The position numbers and the translations under genes are program-made. Below are positions 22,674-36,020 of a stretch of 64,000 nt of DNA, one piece after another (position 1 is the stretch's first letter; each line of letters starts with the position of its first letter). This DNA comes from Macrostomum lignano (taxonomy: Eukaryota), in the NCBI GenBank assembly GCA_002269645.1, contig NIVC01000107.1:1-64000 (forward strand), read 5' to 3'. Below the pieces are notes generated by a model, which worked only from the letters and a program-made list of their open reading frames with translations, searched no databases and was not told the DNA's origin.

Positions 22674-23587
22674 GGGCCCGTGCTATAGAATACTCTTAAC
22701 TCCTAAATCCTTAAGAGTGTCCTAACTCCTAGCTCCTAGCTGGCTTTTCTGTGCTATAGAATCAAGAGTAAATTTTAAGAGCTAGGAGGCTCCTTAAGGA
22801 CGTTAGGATACTCCTTGGTGAATTTAGGAGACCTCATTAAGGTTTGTCGCGTGCTATAGAATAAGGAGCGGAGCGTAGGAGCTAGGAGCTAGGAATTGCC
22901 GTTTAGGAGTGAGTTTTAGGAGTGCGTGTCCTATAGAAGGAGCGAAACTCATTTCTAGCTCCTAACTCCTAGTTAAGACTTCAAGGGCCAAATTTCACTC
23001 TTAGGTTATAGTAGGATCGTGTGATTCGTTTCTTTTTTCATGTTTTCGGACAGTGAGCTAGGCTCGGACGATGAGGGAGCTAATGATCGACGACCCAGAC
23101 AATTTAAGCAGAGGATTAACTTTTTTGAAGAATATAATACTGTGTCACGATTTCGGCTCAATGAGAATTCAACTCTTGGCGACATTCAAGGATGACCTCT
23201 CTCCACATTTCAATCTTGAGTGCTTTTGCTATTGTTGGCGAAAAGGCACCGAAAAGGTACACGTCCTTTCGAGCCGCAATCGCTTTAACAAACGCAACTT
23301 TTTGGTTTGCTTGCATTGTTTGAATTCACGAATTGCTCCTATAATTACTCCTTAAGGTGCGTACATTTAGGAGTTTAATATAGCACGCAGATTGGCAGAC
23401 TCCTTAGCCAATCGCCTTACACTCCTTAGAACTCCTCCTCACTCCTATCCTGCACTCCTTAAAACAACTCCTAGCTCCTAACTCGATTCTTGAACTCTAT
23501 AGCACACAAAATCGATTCGCTCCTTGCTAGGAGCACTCCTGACTCCTAACTCCTTACTCTTTGCTCTTAAATCTATAGCATGGGCCC
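22674..23587. mobile_element. Non-autonomous PIF/Harbinger-type element (914 bp)
   Basis: 16-bp TIRs GGGCCCGTGCTATAGA / TCTATAGCATGGGCCC (1 mismatch). 3-bp TSD CTG at 22671-22673 and 23588-23590. Internal GTGCTATAGAA and TAGGAG subrepeats are mirrored. Confidence 0.85.
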
Positions 23588-25628
23588 CTGGCCCCCCACT
23601 CCTGTCAGATGGTCAGCCCCATGGTAGCTTGATCGTGTGGCGAGCAGTCTAGGTCCTATAGCTAAGAGAGGGACAGCGAGAGACAAGCAGGGAGAATTTT
23701 GAAGGTAGAAATTAGTTAATCCGCAGATTAGCTAACTCGCTGCCACCAGCCCGCGCCGTACGTCCTGGCTCACCACACCGGGACTCTCGAAATCGGGCTT
23801 CCGACTAGAGGGGGCTTTGCACTTACCTGCCAACTAGTGTCTTTTTGCTGTCAATCTCGAAGTCATAGCCGATGATAAGGGACACTGCTGGGACTAGATC
23901 GCATTGGCCATGCAGGTACAGAGGGGACTTGTGCAGGGGATTCTTGCAGTGGCGAGTCTATGGGGTAGCTACATGTACTATTACATTGCTAAATACGAAG
24001 AATTGTACTTTTGGCCTTCAACGCGCCAACTAGCCTCCCCTAGCGCTGATGATAGACTAACTCGAACTTCAGAGACCGCATGATTCATTACCCGAGCCGC
24101 TTGGCGAACCTAGAGTGCACAAAGTACATCTCTGGCGCCGATTTTGCACTATTGGCAATTTTGCTCATTGAATTGATAGATTGATCGACTGAGAACTGCC
24201 TTGTCATTGGTCCACTGTGACCGGCGCCTTCTAGCTTAGCTACTCATCTGAGCCATCGGCGAACAAAGAAATAAAACCGATAAAAAAACTGTTAGATTTA
24301 ACCTTCTCCTTTGATCACTTCACACTTCAGATTGAATTGGAGTTTAGACTACTAGCAGTATTATTGAATGACTTCTGCCTCAATAACAGCACTACTGAAC
24401 AAAATGAGCAAAAGTGTGCGCCTAATTCAGCTACTGAAACAGGGGACAGATAAGGGATCACCCAATCAAGCAAGTCCAGGTAGCCTCTCACCCAACCAAT
24501 CAGAAACTCAACAGCCGGAGACCAGGAAATCCACAGTGACCGAATCGGCTTGATGCTTCGCAGCTGTAGACTCGGGATGATGCTGACACAATCTTCGCAG
24601 ATTAGCTAGCAGGTGATGATCTTAACTTTGATGTTCGCTGCTGATGACCGGGGGATTCGTCCTTGATGATGATGGGGGGAAGTCGCAATCCGGGGATCAA
24701 GAAACGACGGTCGGGCTCCGGGAACCAGAAATGTCGGGAAGGTTCCTCCGCGGGAGAGCCGGGTGTGGGTCCGAGCGGGCCAAAAACACCGGTTTAAATA
24801 GCCGCCAACTGGACCACAGTTTGTTATAATGGAACACGTCGATTCTGATTGGCTGAGCCGTTTTGTTAAAATGAGCGCCGAATTTTCTGATTGGCTAAGC
24901 TTGTTGCTACCCAGAATCACGTGACCGGGAGATCCTATCAGTTCCCACAGGGTCGTAAAAAGATGACAGGTGCGGCCATAAATCAATCAAAATCGCAACA
25001 AAATGATATATGACTTTTCGCGTAGGATTGACAGAAATTAATGAAAAAATATACATTAGAAAGCTCTTATTAAATAGAAAGTGAAGATAATGAAGAGAAA
25101 TCACTAATCGCTAATCCCAAGGTACTTTTAGGGGTAAAACGCATAGCTGTCAAAGCTGTCACACGCTTGAGTGAACCCGAAAAATAGGCTCTGACCTCAC
25201 AAATCTTGATGGCCTGTCAAAATGATGAGAAAAAAGCTGCTATTCGCATCCCCTCGGGCCATCTGGCGCCAGCCTCAACACTGAGTGAGGCGCAGGTGGC
25301 TGTCAGACAAACTTTGAAAGCGATGATTTACGACCCAAAAAGCTGCGCCTATGTTATTATGACTACTAGTATGACCAAACATAGATTCTATGACAATTCG
25401 CAGAAAAAGAATAAAAATGCCCTTAGCCTGCTGTCTAAATTTAGAGCCCATGTGCTAGCGCGGGATTTGGGAAAAAGTGCGTCCTCATCACACACTTGTT
25501 TTCGGGACTGAAGATCGCAAACCAGAGTCACATTTGTTGCGATCTCCGGCCGGAGACTGCAAGCGCACGGAGATTGTAAAGCCTAACACCGGGCTCGTCC
25601 AATCAGAAAATTTGACGCTTAATTGGTA

Positions 25629-26641
25629 CGAGGGGTGTCCAAAAAGTCTTAGGACTTTTTCACATGACTCTTTTTAACAGTCAGCAAGAGTAACAGCAAC
25701 TGATTTACGATCGTATTTCATGGCGGCTTTCCTTACCAATGATACAGTGAAATAATTTTGAGATTATCACAAACTTATCAAAAGTTTCGCCTCCTTAACT
25801 GCAGTGGGTACTGCATCTCAATACATGAATAATAGGAACTTGGATGCTGCATATGGAGCACCAGAAAACATTAAGTCAGTTGTCGTTCAAAAAGTTCAAA
25901 TGTCTTCCTTAGTGGCAACTGAGACCTTCTCAATATAGTCACCCTTCAGTTGGATGCATTTAATTCAATTCCGGGTAAGCATGTCGTCAACGGCATCCAC
26001 ATACACCTGCCTTGGAATTTCGTGGACAAGAACAGCAGCCAAGACAGAACTGCCCAAGGCAGTTAGTCCTGCATGGATACTGCTTCAAGCCCATGAATCG
26101 TGCTCAGCTGTGTCAGAATTTCAACACCGTTCAACCTCATACACCAGAGGATGTGGGCCGAGCAATGCTGCGCTGTCTAGCTTTGAATGGATATCCATGG
26201 ATCCACAGATTTGGAAAGAAATTCTGGCAAACACTTTGCAACAAAGGCTTCAGCTTGCGCTGCGTCTCAAAATGAGTCTTTTTCAGTTTCAGAGTGCCAC
26301 ACAAGCAGATGCAAAATTAAACTTGTACCATAGATGTAGAAAGTGAAATGTGGCACACGCTTAAAGAGATTTTTCGCACTGCAAGTTTGAATTTGGTTAA
26401 TTTCTGTAAGATTTCAAAATTGCAGCTCCAGTTCCTGTTCATGTAGTATTGATATGCAGTTATACCCCACTGCAGTTAAGGAGGCATGCGCATAACTTTA
26501 GATTAAATTCGTGATTTTCAAAGTTCTTTCACTGTTTCATTTGTAAGTATAAAGCCACTGTGAAATAAATCAGTTGCTGTTACTCTTGCTAACTGTTAAA
26601 AAGAGTCATGTAAAAAATCCTAAGACTTTTTGGACACCCCG
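25629..26641 (-). mobile_element. Mariner/Tc1 deletion derivative (~1.0 kb)
   Basis: TA TSDs at 25627-28 and 26642-43. TIR CGAGGGGTGTCCAAAAAGTCTTAGGA.. is near-perfect over ~75 bp and imperfect to ~190 bp. The minus-strand remnant ..DDMLTRN*IKCIQLKGDYIEK matches the mariner C-terminal RWEKCIE..GDYVEK motif. Confidence 0.9.
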
Positions 26642-29280
26642 TATAACAAATCGGCCGCTGGAAGACTATAGTTAAGGGCGGCTCGAAAAAGGGCGTCTGG
26701 CCCCTTCCGCTCATCCCTCTTCCCGCTCATACCCAGTTCCAACCGACGTGTCTCTCTGCTGTCTCCGGCAAGGAGTCCTCGCTACAAACGTATATCCAGC
26801 GCCTTCTACGTCCCACGAGAGCACTAGCTGGTTAACATCGCCTCTCCGCGGGCACCAGACTCCCCGGATCTACATCACCTAAGGACAACAGAAGCACACA
26901 CGTGGACTTCCTGGCCACCGGCAGCTTGAAAATCTGATTAGTTGGTGAGAGGCCAGCTTCTAGACCCATGCTTTTATATCGGGTGCACCTATTATCCGAA
27001 CTCCTGTTCAGTTTCTGGATAGTATTTGCATTTTTGCTGAGTCGCTTTCATGTGGTGAATCTGAAGCAACTGCAGTTCAAATTTAATATTAAGCAATTGC
27101 TTATAGTTTGAAGAAGCGTCAATTTAGAAGGAAAGCTGAATTTAATCAAAGTTTGAAAGCTTTCTTTCTTATTTGTAATGCTGTCAAGGATTGGCGAGTG
27201 GCAAATTTATTGAGGCAAAGTTTGCATGCAGTGGGCCGAAAGCAATGCAGCTTCCAGTCGATCAGCGCCTGTCAATCAGGATCAGATTCCGAAATCAGCA
27301 GGCAAACAAACCATCGATATCCGACAGGTATGTACTTTTAGTGACAGGAATGAGTTATTAGTCGGTCCAATCAGGGATCACTTGAAAGCTCTGCGCTATC
27401 AGCGCTATCTGCCGCCGAGTTGACACATTTCAGGCCAAAAGCGATTAATAATAACATATATACATGTAGCTCGACCGTATTTTCTGAGAATTCAATAACA
27501 ATGCAACAGCTGTGCATGTAGCTGCATGCAGACTCGCCACCGCAAGAACCCCTGCAAAAGTCCTCTCTCTGTCCTTGGATGATCAATGCAATGCAGTCCC
27601 AGCAGTGTCCCTTCAATCTGCCGGGCGCAGTCGGAGACTATCCGAGAGTTTTGTGCGTAGTGGTGTGTAGATCAAAGACCGAAAAACCCATGCAACAAGA
27701 GGACCAAGGGTAAACTTAACTAAATATAATAATGCCTCATCATCTACATGTACATTTAATTAGGTCTTTGCAAACCGCGATAACTCCATGCAATAATGAA
27801 CCAGCTCGGACTTCCATCGGCTGGAACACATTTGCTAACGTCATACTCGTAAGAGTTTGTAAGGGTGCCAACAACTCGTAATTCGCTTGTAGCGTATTTC
27901 AATGAAGACCTGATCGATGCAACAGGTCTTTAGGTTTAGGAAGGCTAAATTAATTTCAATAACTAGCATATTAGGTCTTATCAAGAATGCAACACGTTGA
28001 ATGACGGTAGTACACACTCACTATACACCCTAATATCCACCCTGATCTAGGAGCCATTTCTCTCCGATCGCAACTACAAGTTACACAACTGGCATCAATT
28101 AAATCAACTTGCAGAAACCAATTTTTATAGGTAGTTATTTTTCCTGTAGTTAAGTGACTCAAACAAGAATGAAATCAAGCTATTTAAAAAGTTGTCAAAA
28201 TTTGTGAGTACGGTATATAACAGCTAATCATTAATATCGAAGACAAACGTAACCGTAAGACCGGTACACATTATCGCTAGTTACTCATTTGAGTCTAAAA
28301 TTGCTCAAATCAATGTACAGTTAGCTTGCACTAATTTTAAAACTGGTTTGAACAATCTTTGACCCACAGAGCTACTAGCGTAAGTTAAATCATTACGTAT
28401 TCAGTATATTTCAGTAATATAATATTATGGATCTCCACTTCGGTTATCAATTATATGCTATCATACAAAAAAACAAAATAAACCATTTATAAAAAATTAG
28501 ATAAAAAACTAAACAAAAGACTAATTTTGTGTAAGCAACCAATGTGTACGCACACTGCAATCTTGTTAAGTAAAATTGGACACCGATTTATACATTTTTA
28601 ATTACGAGAAAAAGTATGGTTAACATAGTTAACTGATGAAAATGTTAAAATCAATTCATATCAATGTTATTAACGCAGTGTTAAAAACCCAAATGTATCA
28701 CGCTCGTACACCCAACTTGATAACAGGGGCGATTGGCTAATGAATTTCTTCTAGAAATGGAGGAAATCGAGTAAATCGATGCATGCAATGCAAAATGTTA
28801 GTTAAAAAATAAAATTAGAATACAAAAAACAATTTATGTTTTTTCTCCCATATAATGACAATATTTAACTATTAAAAAAACATGTTGACGTATGACCCTA
28901 AAACTGTAAGTCTTAGCGAAACAATATTGTATTTGGATCTATTGCGTAACTTTAATTTTTCGAGTATATAGCTAAAATCTGGCCAGCGTCAGAGAAAGAC
29001 CATTGAAAGCTACGTTGGCACCAGAAAGTTTGAAGTCTTAAGATCCTGGATGGGGTGGCAAGAGGCCCAGCACGAGGACCTGGAGAAGTAAATATTCAAT
29101 TTAAACATTTTTAAGGTTCAACTTTTTCTAGTGCTTAAACAAACCGATTAAAGAATTTTTGGAAACAAGAGACACCAGAAAATGTTTTATCTAGAGGCTT
29201 GCGTATACTCATGAATAATCTTTATTTAAATGGCGAGTCAGATGGATTTTAATTTATCAACAAAGCCAGGCCGTGAAAAA

Positions 29281-31405
29281 TCAATTGGAACTCTGATGCA
29301 CAGCTTCCACTGGGCTGGCTGCTGATTCCGAATCTACAGGTAGCTTCTCTGCGTCGGTAGAGTCTCCAGTATTGGCAGATTCTCCTTCGGTTGGGTTTGC
29401 CGATTCCATAGATTCTTCGGCTTTGTTGGCAGATTCTGCTTCATTAGGCTTCGCTGATTCGGTAGATTCCTCGGCTGCATTGGCAGATTCTCCTTCTTCA
29501 TTAGGCTTTGCTGATTCGGTAGATTCTTCGGCTTTGTTGGCAGATTCTGCTTCATTAGGCTTCGCTGATTCGCCAGATTCTTCGGCTGCATTGGCAGATT
29601 TTCCTTCTTCATTAGGCTTCGCTGATTCGGTAGATTCCTCTGCTGCATTGGCAGATTCTCCTTCTTCATTAAGCTTCGCTGATTCGGTAGATTCCTCGGC
29701 TGCATTGGCAGATTCTCCTTCTTCATTAGGCTTCGTTGATTCGCCAGATTCTTCGGCTTTGTTGGCAGATTCTGCTTCATTAGGCTTCGCTGATTCGGCA
29801 GATTCTTCGGCTGCATTGGCAGATTCTCCTTCTTCATTAGGCTTTGCTGATTCGGTAGATTCCTCGGCTGCATTGGCAGATTCTCCTTCATTAGGCTTCG
29901 CTGATTCGCCAGATTCTTCGGCTGCATTGGCAGATTCTCCTTCTTCATTAGGCTTCGCTGATTCGGTAGATTCCTCTGCTGCATTGGCAGATTCTCCTTC
30001 TTCATTAAGCTTCGCTGATTCGGTAGATTCCTCGGCAGCATTGGCAGATTCTCCTTCTTCATTAGGCTTCGCTGATTCGCCAGATTCTTCGGCTGCATTG
30101 GCAGATTCTCCTTCTTCATTAGGCTTCGCTGATTCGGCAGATTCTTCGGCTGCATTGGCAGATTCTCCTTCTTCATTAGGCTTCGCTGATTCGGCAGATT
30201 CTTCGGCTGCATTGGCAGATTCTCCTTCGGTCGGTTCTTCAGCTGAATTTGGTGCAGATAATTTTACAGTTTCCTCTGCTAGTGGGGCAAATTTGTCCAC
30301 AGACTGACTACTGTTTTGTTCCGTAAGTGCTTCATTACTGATACTACTGGCTGGAGCCTCCTTAGATCCGGCACCATCCTCAACATTATTCTCGATTGCA
30401 TTTCCCTGTAAATCTTTCTCAGCATCTTTGTTATCGACCTCCTCTTTTCCATCTTCATCTTCGCCACCAGTCTCCTCATTTCTGTCTTCATCATCTTCAC
30501 CACCAGCCTCCTCATTTCCATCTTCATCTTCGCCACCAGCCTCCTCATTTCCATCTTCATCTTCGCCACCAGCCTCCTCATTTCTGTCTTCATCATCTTC
30601 GCCACCAGCCTCCTCATTTCCATCTTCATCTTCGCCACCAGCCTCCTGATTTCCATCTCCATCCTTAATGCCAACCTCATTATTTCCACCATGATCATTT
30701 CGTTGTGGTTGACCATCGCCGCGACCTCGACCTCGCCGTCGGCCTCTCCCACGAGGACTGCGACCGCGTTGACCTTGACCCCAACCCCTTTGAGGCGGGC
30801 GTTGACTAATGTGTCCACCGCCTTGACCGGAGTTCGGGTTAAAACCACCACCACGACCGCCGTTCAGGTTAACGACACGACCGCCACGACCAGCGTTCGG
30901 GTTAACGACACCACCACCACCGCCGCCACGACAGCATTTATTCTGAATAGTGACGACGAGTCCTCCATGTGGAGTGTGAGTAAACTCGCGATCTACCGGG
31001 GCTGTAAAATGTAAATTCGATCAAACAATATTTAGAGCCACGAAAAATGATTTAAAATATTGCAAGGGAAACCGCAGACTCACATTGGTACAGCGGCCAA
31101 GGTCTCCTGCCACGACCCCTGCCTCGGAAGCCATGATTGTCATTCCATCCTTCTCGATGGCCACCAGAAAATCCTGCACCTCCTAGGTGACGACCCCCAC
31201 CGCCTCTCATAAAACTGTTGTCTCCTCCGCCTCTAAAATAGCCGTGGCCCCTATCAAAATGGTTACTTCCTCCATTGCCTCTACTATAGTAGTTGTCTCC
31301 CCTACCGCCTCCTCTGAAGTGGCCATGGCCTCTATTAAAACTGCTATCTGCGTCGCCACCTCCTCTTCCCCGATAATATGCTGCTTGAGCTTCTTGATCC
31401 TCCAT
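29281..31405 (-). CDS. Unassigned intrinsically disordered protein, ~680 aa: RGG-rich N-terminus, acidic tandem-repeat C-terminus; exons 31405-31084 and 31001-29281
   Basis: Donor T|GTGAGT at 31083 and acceptor TTTTACAG|CC at 31002 are both phase 1 and give ..PLYQSPVDREFTHTPHGG... Exon 2 is one open frame of 573 codons through GRGRRRGRGRG, (EEAGGEDEDGN)n and (NEEGESANAAEESAESAKP)n. The start codon is uncertain. Confidence 0.72.
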
Positions 31406-34400
31406 GAATGTTGTTTGGTTTATATTAAAGTGTGTGAAAACACTAATAGTAGCAATAAAGTAGCATTTAAAATTGACTCAAGAAAGCTACACCTAAAGAA
31501 AGATAGATCAGAATTCCCAGAATATAATATATGCTTTAAACTTATTACAGGCATTTAGAAGTTGTCTTTACTTTTAATATATATTGATTTAGGACTAACA
31601 ATAATTTTAAAGACCATCTTTGCTACTTAGTCTCCTATTTGTAGATTTTTCAACTAATATTTTGGATCTTAACCTTGATATATTCTTTATCAAAGAAAGT
31701 ACTCTTGCTTTTAATGATACTTATTATTGTTAATATTATACTTGAAAAAATGTTCACCTAAACATTTAGATTTTAATACTAGAGTTACAATAAATGAATT
31801 ATTATTTTCACTATTTTAATCTATGGTATAATAGTACATTTTTATATCTTTCATTGGTAATATCTACCTATAATATTGATAACATTGATGTGTTAAACTA
31901 GTATAAATTTATATACTTTAAATAATTATGTATTTACTTTTCAAAATAATATCTTCTATGTACTATGATTTACTTATAATGAAAATTTCATTTAGCTTTT
32001 ATTTATATCAAGTCTTAGGATTAGAGGGTCACAGGTTTTTAACTATTTTTCCTTATGGTAGCTTTTTAGATTAACTAATCTATATTATAATTTAAGTATA
32101 ATATAACTCCTGTTCTCTATACTTGATTTGTTAATCCTTTTAATTTTGAGATTATAACACTTTTACTTATAGCTTAAAAATATTAAACTTAGGAAAACTT
32201 TTCTAATTTACAAATTTTAAAGAAAAAAATTGTTTAAACAACTTTTATCCTATTCAGAATTGTTTACAATGAAAGTCAAAAAATAGGAAAGAACAAGATA
32301 GCCTATTCTGGGAATTTCTAATATGAATTTTTGTTGACAATTAAAAGTTGTCATATAGTTAAAATAATTAGCATATTATATTGTCAATATAATAATACTA
32401 AGAAGCTTGGCATCTATGCTAGTAAAAATATTAGTTTATTGCTTTTGTTCTAATTAATATATATTTTTATTATTGCTATTATTAAAAGGTAAAAAGGTAA
32501 AAATTATTAAAAGGATCCAAAACCATAAAAATATTGATACTGATATTAGTTTAAAGAGCAAGAACTAAAGCATTAAAATGTTTTTGTAGAGAACATTTTT
32601 GTTAATATTAATTACTAGCATTATTAAACAACTGGTATATCTTTTGACTGTTATACTCAAATGAAATTCATATAAAAAGTTTTGCAGTCAACGGTTTTCA
32701 TTCTAAATTCTTATTCTAAATTCGAAGAAAATAAAAAAAACTGGAAGTGTAAATGAAATGTGTTACTGGTTACTGTGTATGTTGCATGTGTATATATGTA
32801 TATAGTGTATAGTTCTTTAAGTTTAACTAATCTAAAATATATAGTACCAGTATGAAGTACTGGTACTGATGCACAAATTTATTAGATACATAAAAGACCA
32901 AATTAGAAGGTATTCACATATAATGTGTCAAAAAATGTTAGCTGTTACTGTTAGCATTAGCACTTTTAGCTGTCTTAAAATTAAAACTTTTTAGAGAGTA
33001 AAAGTTAAAATGCGAAAATCGAAAAATCCTAACAAAAGAAACGCACGTAAGGTATGGAAATTTTAACTTTAAAAAGTACTTTAAATACAAAAGAAACTTA
33101 CTTTCTGTAAATATTTATTTAAAATTATTTTAACTTTGTTTTTTCAGTACTTTTAATACACGGAGTAATCAGGTAGAGTTGCTCGCTTTGCAAATACTGT
33201 ACAGAATAATTCATTATTCATCAAATAAAATTCTTTTGCCTCACAAATATTTATTATCGTCAGCCTCAGTTTTTTTGTTCGTTCTATTAAAATAAACCTG
33301 AAGATGCACACCACGGAGTGCGAAACGCGTCGATTTGCAAATGTTGATAGTTGGTAATGGTTTTCTACACGGAGTAATAGTCAAAACTAGCAAGATTTAT
33401 TAGTATTATTTTTTAATTACTAATAAAATAAAGGCATGATTCACATTGCTTCCAATGCAGTTCAAATATTTTCTAGTGAAAATTTTTTATATTCTATAAC
33501 AGCTATCAAAAAATTAACCGAGCACAGCACCGTACGTGGTGTATTACGTGCAGGATTACACACGTACATGTACGTGCACCCGCATTTATCAAGGGCGAGT
33601 TTGTTAGTTGACTTAGTTACTTACTAGTCAGTCGTCCTTGATAAGAGCCACTTTAATTGCTAAGATGCCTAAAGAGAAGTCTACTGCTAGGACTTGAGGG
33701 ATTGCATCAAGTACATGTACGGCGCGCTCAATATTAGAAAATGTATCAACAAACAGATGGCATGGGATTATGCGAGTGACAAAAATTTTCCCATCGTTTT
33801 CAACTGCTAAATGCAATACGAGCAAAGCGATCCCCTTAAATTTTTTGTGGTCGACTGGAGCCGCGCAGACTCACTGTAATTGACCGATCCAAAAATTTTG
33901 TTTCGAAAATTCTTCAGCAAGCTCCGCTGAAATCCGTGGTATGAAAGCTTTTAAAAATGAAAATTAGCGACGAAAAATTCGCATGCTTTTCTTCATATTC
34001 CGTCAAGTGCACCACTATAAATCCAGCTTATACCGTCTATTACGAGCTAATACCGTCTCTCGACTCCCGCACGTGCAGGTCTAATCGATGAATTAGCTGC
34101 CCCCTTTTGCTTTTGCAGCTATACGCAAAAAATACAGTAAGGCAGAAATTCCTCGTTGCCTTCGTTAGGCAATTAGTGAATTAAGTTATCCAAATGCCTG
34201 CCTCTCAGGCCCATGCGAAGAAGGCACGGACTTCACTCTGCGACTTTCTATAATCAGCGTAATGTCTTTAGTCTGTGCACTTTTGTAAACTAATAAGCCG
34301 GGACTCAGCGCTAAATTTTTTCTGTTTCAGTCTGAAAAGTTTAGAAATAAAATCATTGGGCTGTATTAAAAGGTGCATCATCTTATCTTTATTTCACAAA

Positions 34401-35992
34401 CCTGCGTGTGCATTAATTAAAGGCTGATTCACCAGTCAATCGACTTAATTTTAACAAAATACTAACATAATTTATCTATATAGGACCATGCAGCAACTGC
34501 TGTCTTAATAAAATTCTCATAAGAAACGTTCATTCATTCAATAGGTTTTCTCAGCGTAATCGCCTGTTGTAACCTCACCAACACGTCTAGCACAGAGGAG
34601 CTCGTCTCCATACTCAGTGCTGCTGAAGACTTAATAGCACGGAAATCGGCACCTTTTCGAGAACTCCGGTGATGCCGGTGTCCAAAGCGCGGTCCGGAGA
34701 GTCCATGAGGTCGATGGTCGCTTGTCTGGTCTGGTAGCGGACGAGCTGGCACAAACTCGGGCCTAAAAAAACGTCGGAGAGGTCCGGGTTTGGGCCGAGG
34801 TAGGTGCAAGCCTGTCCTGAGTAAAGGCGGAGCAGTCACAGATGAAGTGCTCTGCATACACCGGAGAAGCAAAATGCCCCCCTGAGTCCTCTTTATAGAC
34901 GAAACTTGTCTTGGATAGAAGCGGCAAAGTTTCTCGCCACGTAACGTAGTCCGAAGTAACCAAATAAGCTGAAACAGCACCTCTTGCTGCAGTACTTCGC
35001 CAGTACTCCAATCAAAGTAGTTCATAATCTTGAGCAGCTTCGACGATTGATGTCGAAGAAATCGGTGCAAACCAGCTCCAATGCAAATCAATGAATAAAT
35101 CAATCATTTCAGAGACCATACTGGGATCTCAGTTGTGCGTGGAAAAGACGCAAATTGTTGTTTTAGAATAGTTAGAATAGAAAGACTCAGGAATTCCTTC
35201 TTGTTCAAGCTGTTTCAGCTCGTTGAGCGCTATCTTCATTCATGTACGTCCGGAATTTCTTCCTCCACAATTCTTCAAGCAAAATCTTTGCTTAGCTCTT
35301 CCAGATAACGATTTGCTGATAGGGGTAAGTAGATGATGGCTTAAGTTCAACATTCTCTGGTGCAGTAAGCAGATCAGAGTGGTAACAAAACTCTATATCG
35401 TTCCTCCCCCCGGACAAAAGCGAGCAAATATTTCTCTCATCCTTTCTCGCGAAATGTAGTCTATGACTCAACACTCCTCCCATCAGCGAGAGTGGACCAT
35501 ATACATTGACATATGGCCAAGCCTTCTCAAATGACCCCACTATCCATTGTCTATGACCAAAAGGCCGTCTTTCACCAATAACGCGAACCTGTGCGGTAAA
35601 TTCTCGCACGTACGAATTCAAACATTCAACTTTATTTCAAACAAATATGTCAAACAATAAAACAAGCGCAGACATGTAAGTCTGATAACAAAACGTCTCG
35701 TCTCGTCTTTCTGGCCCAATTCAAGCTTTAAGTCACGGCTCTTATTTAATCATTTATAGTCTTAGTCTATGGTAAAACTCCAGCTTCGTGTGAGAACCCA
35801 TGTCAAACCACAGATTCTGTGTTATCACTGCAGCATTCGTTAATGTATTTAGGGGCCGTCTCTGAGGCCCCGAAAACCCCGGGGATAGGGCCATAGACAC
35901 TAACTGCTACTGCTAATGAGCAGAAGCTTTAGTTTATGGTCTTAACCCCGCGTGGTTTTCGTGCTGCAGCCAGGCGGCTGGAGTGACCCATC

Positions 35993-36020
35993 CAAGGACA
36001 ACTTGATCAAGTTGTCCTTG
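35993..36020. mobile_element. 28-bp perfect palindrome (two abutting 14-bp TIRs) with 8-bp TSD
   Basis: CAAGGACAACTTGATCAAGTTGTCCTTG is its own reverse complement. It is flanked by GACCCATC at 35985-35992 and 36021-36028. Confidence 0.75.
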
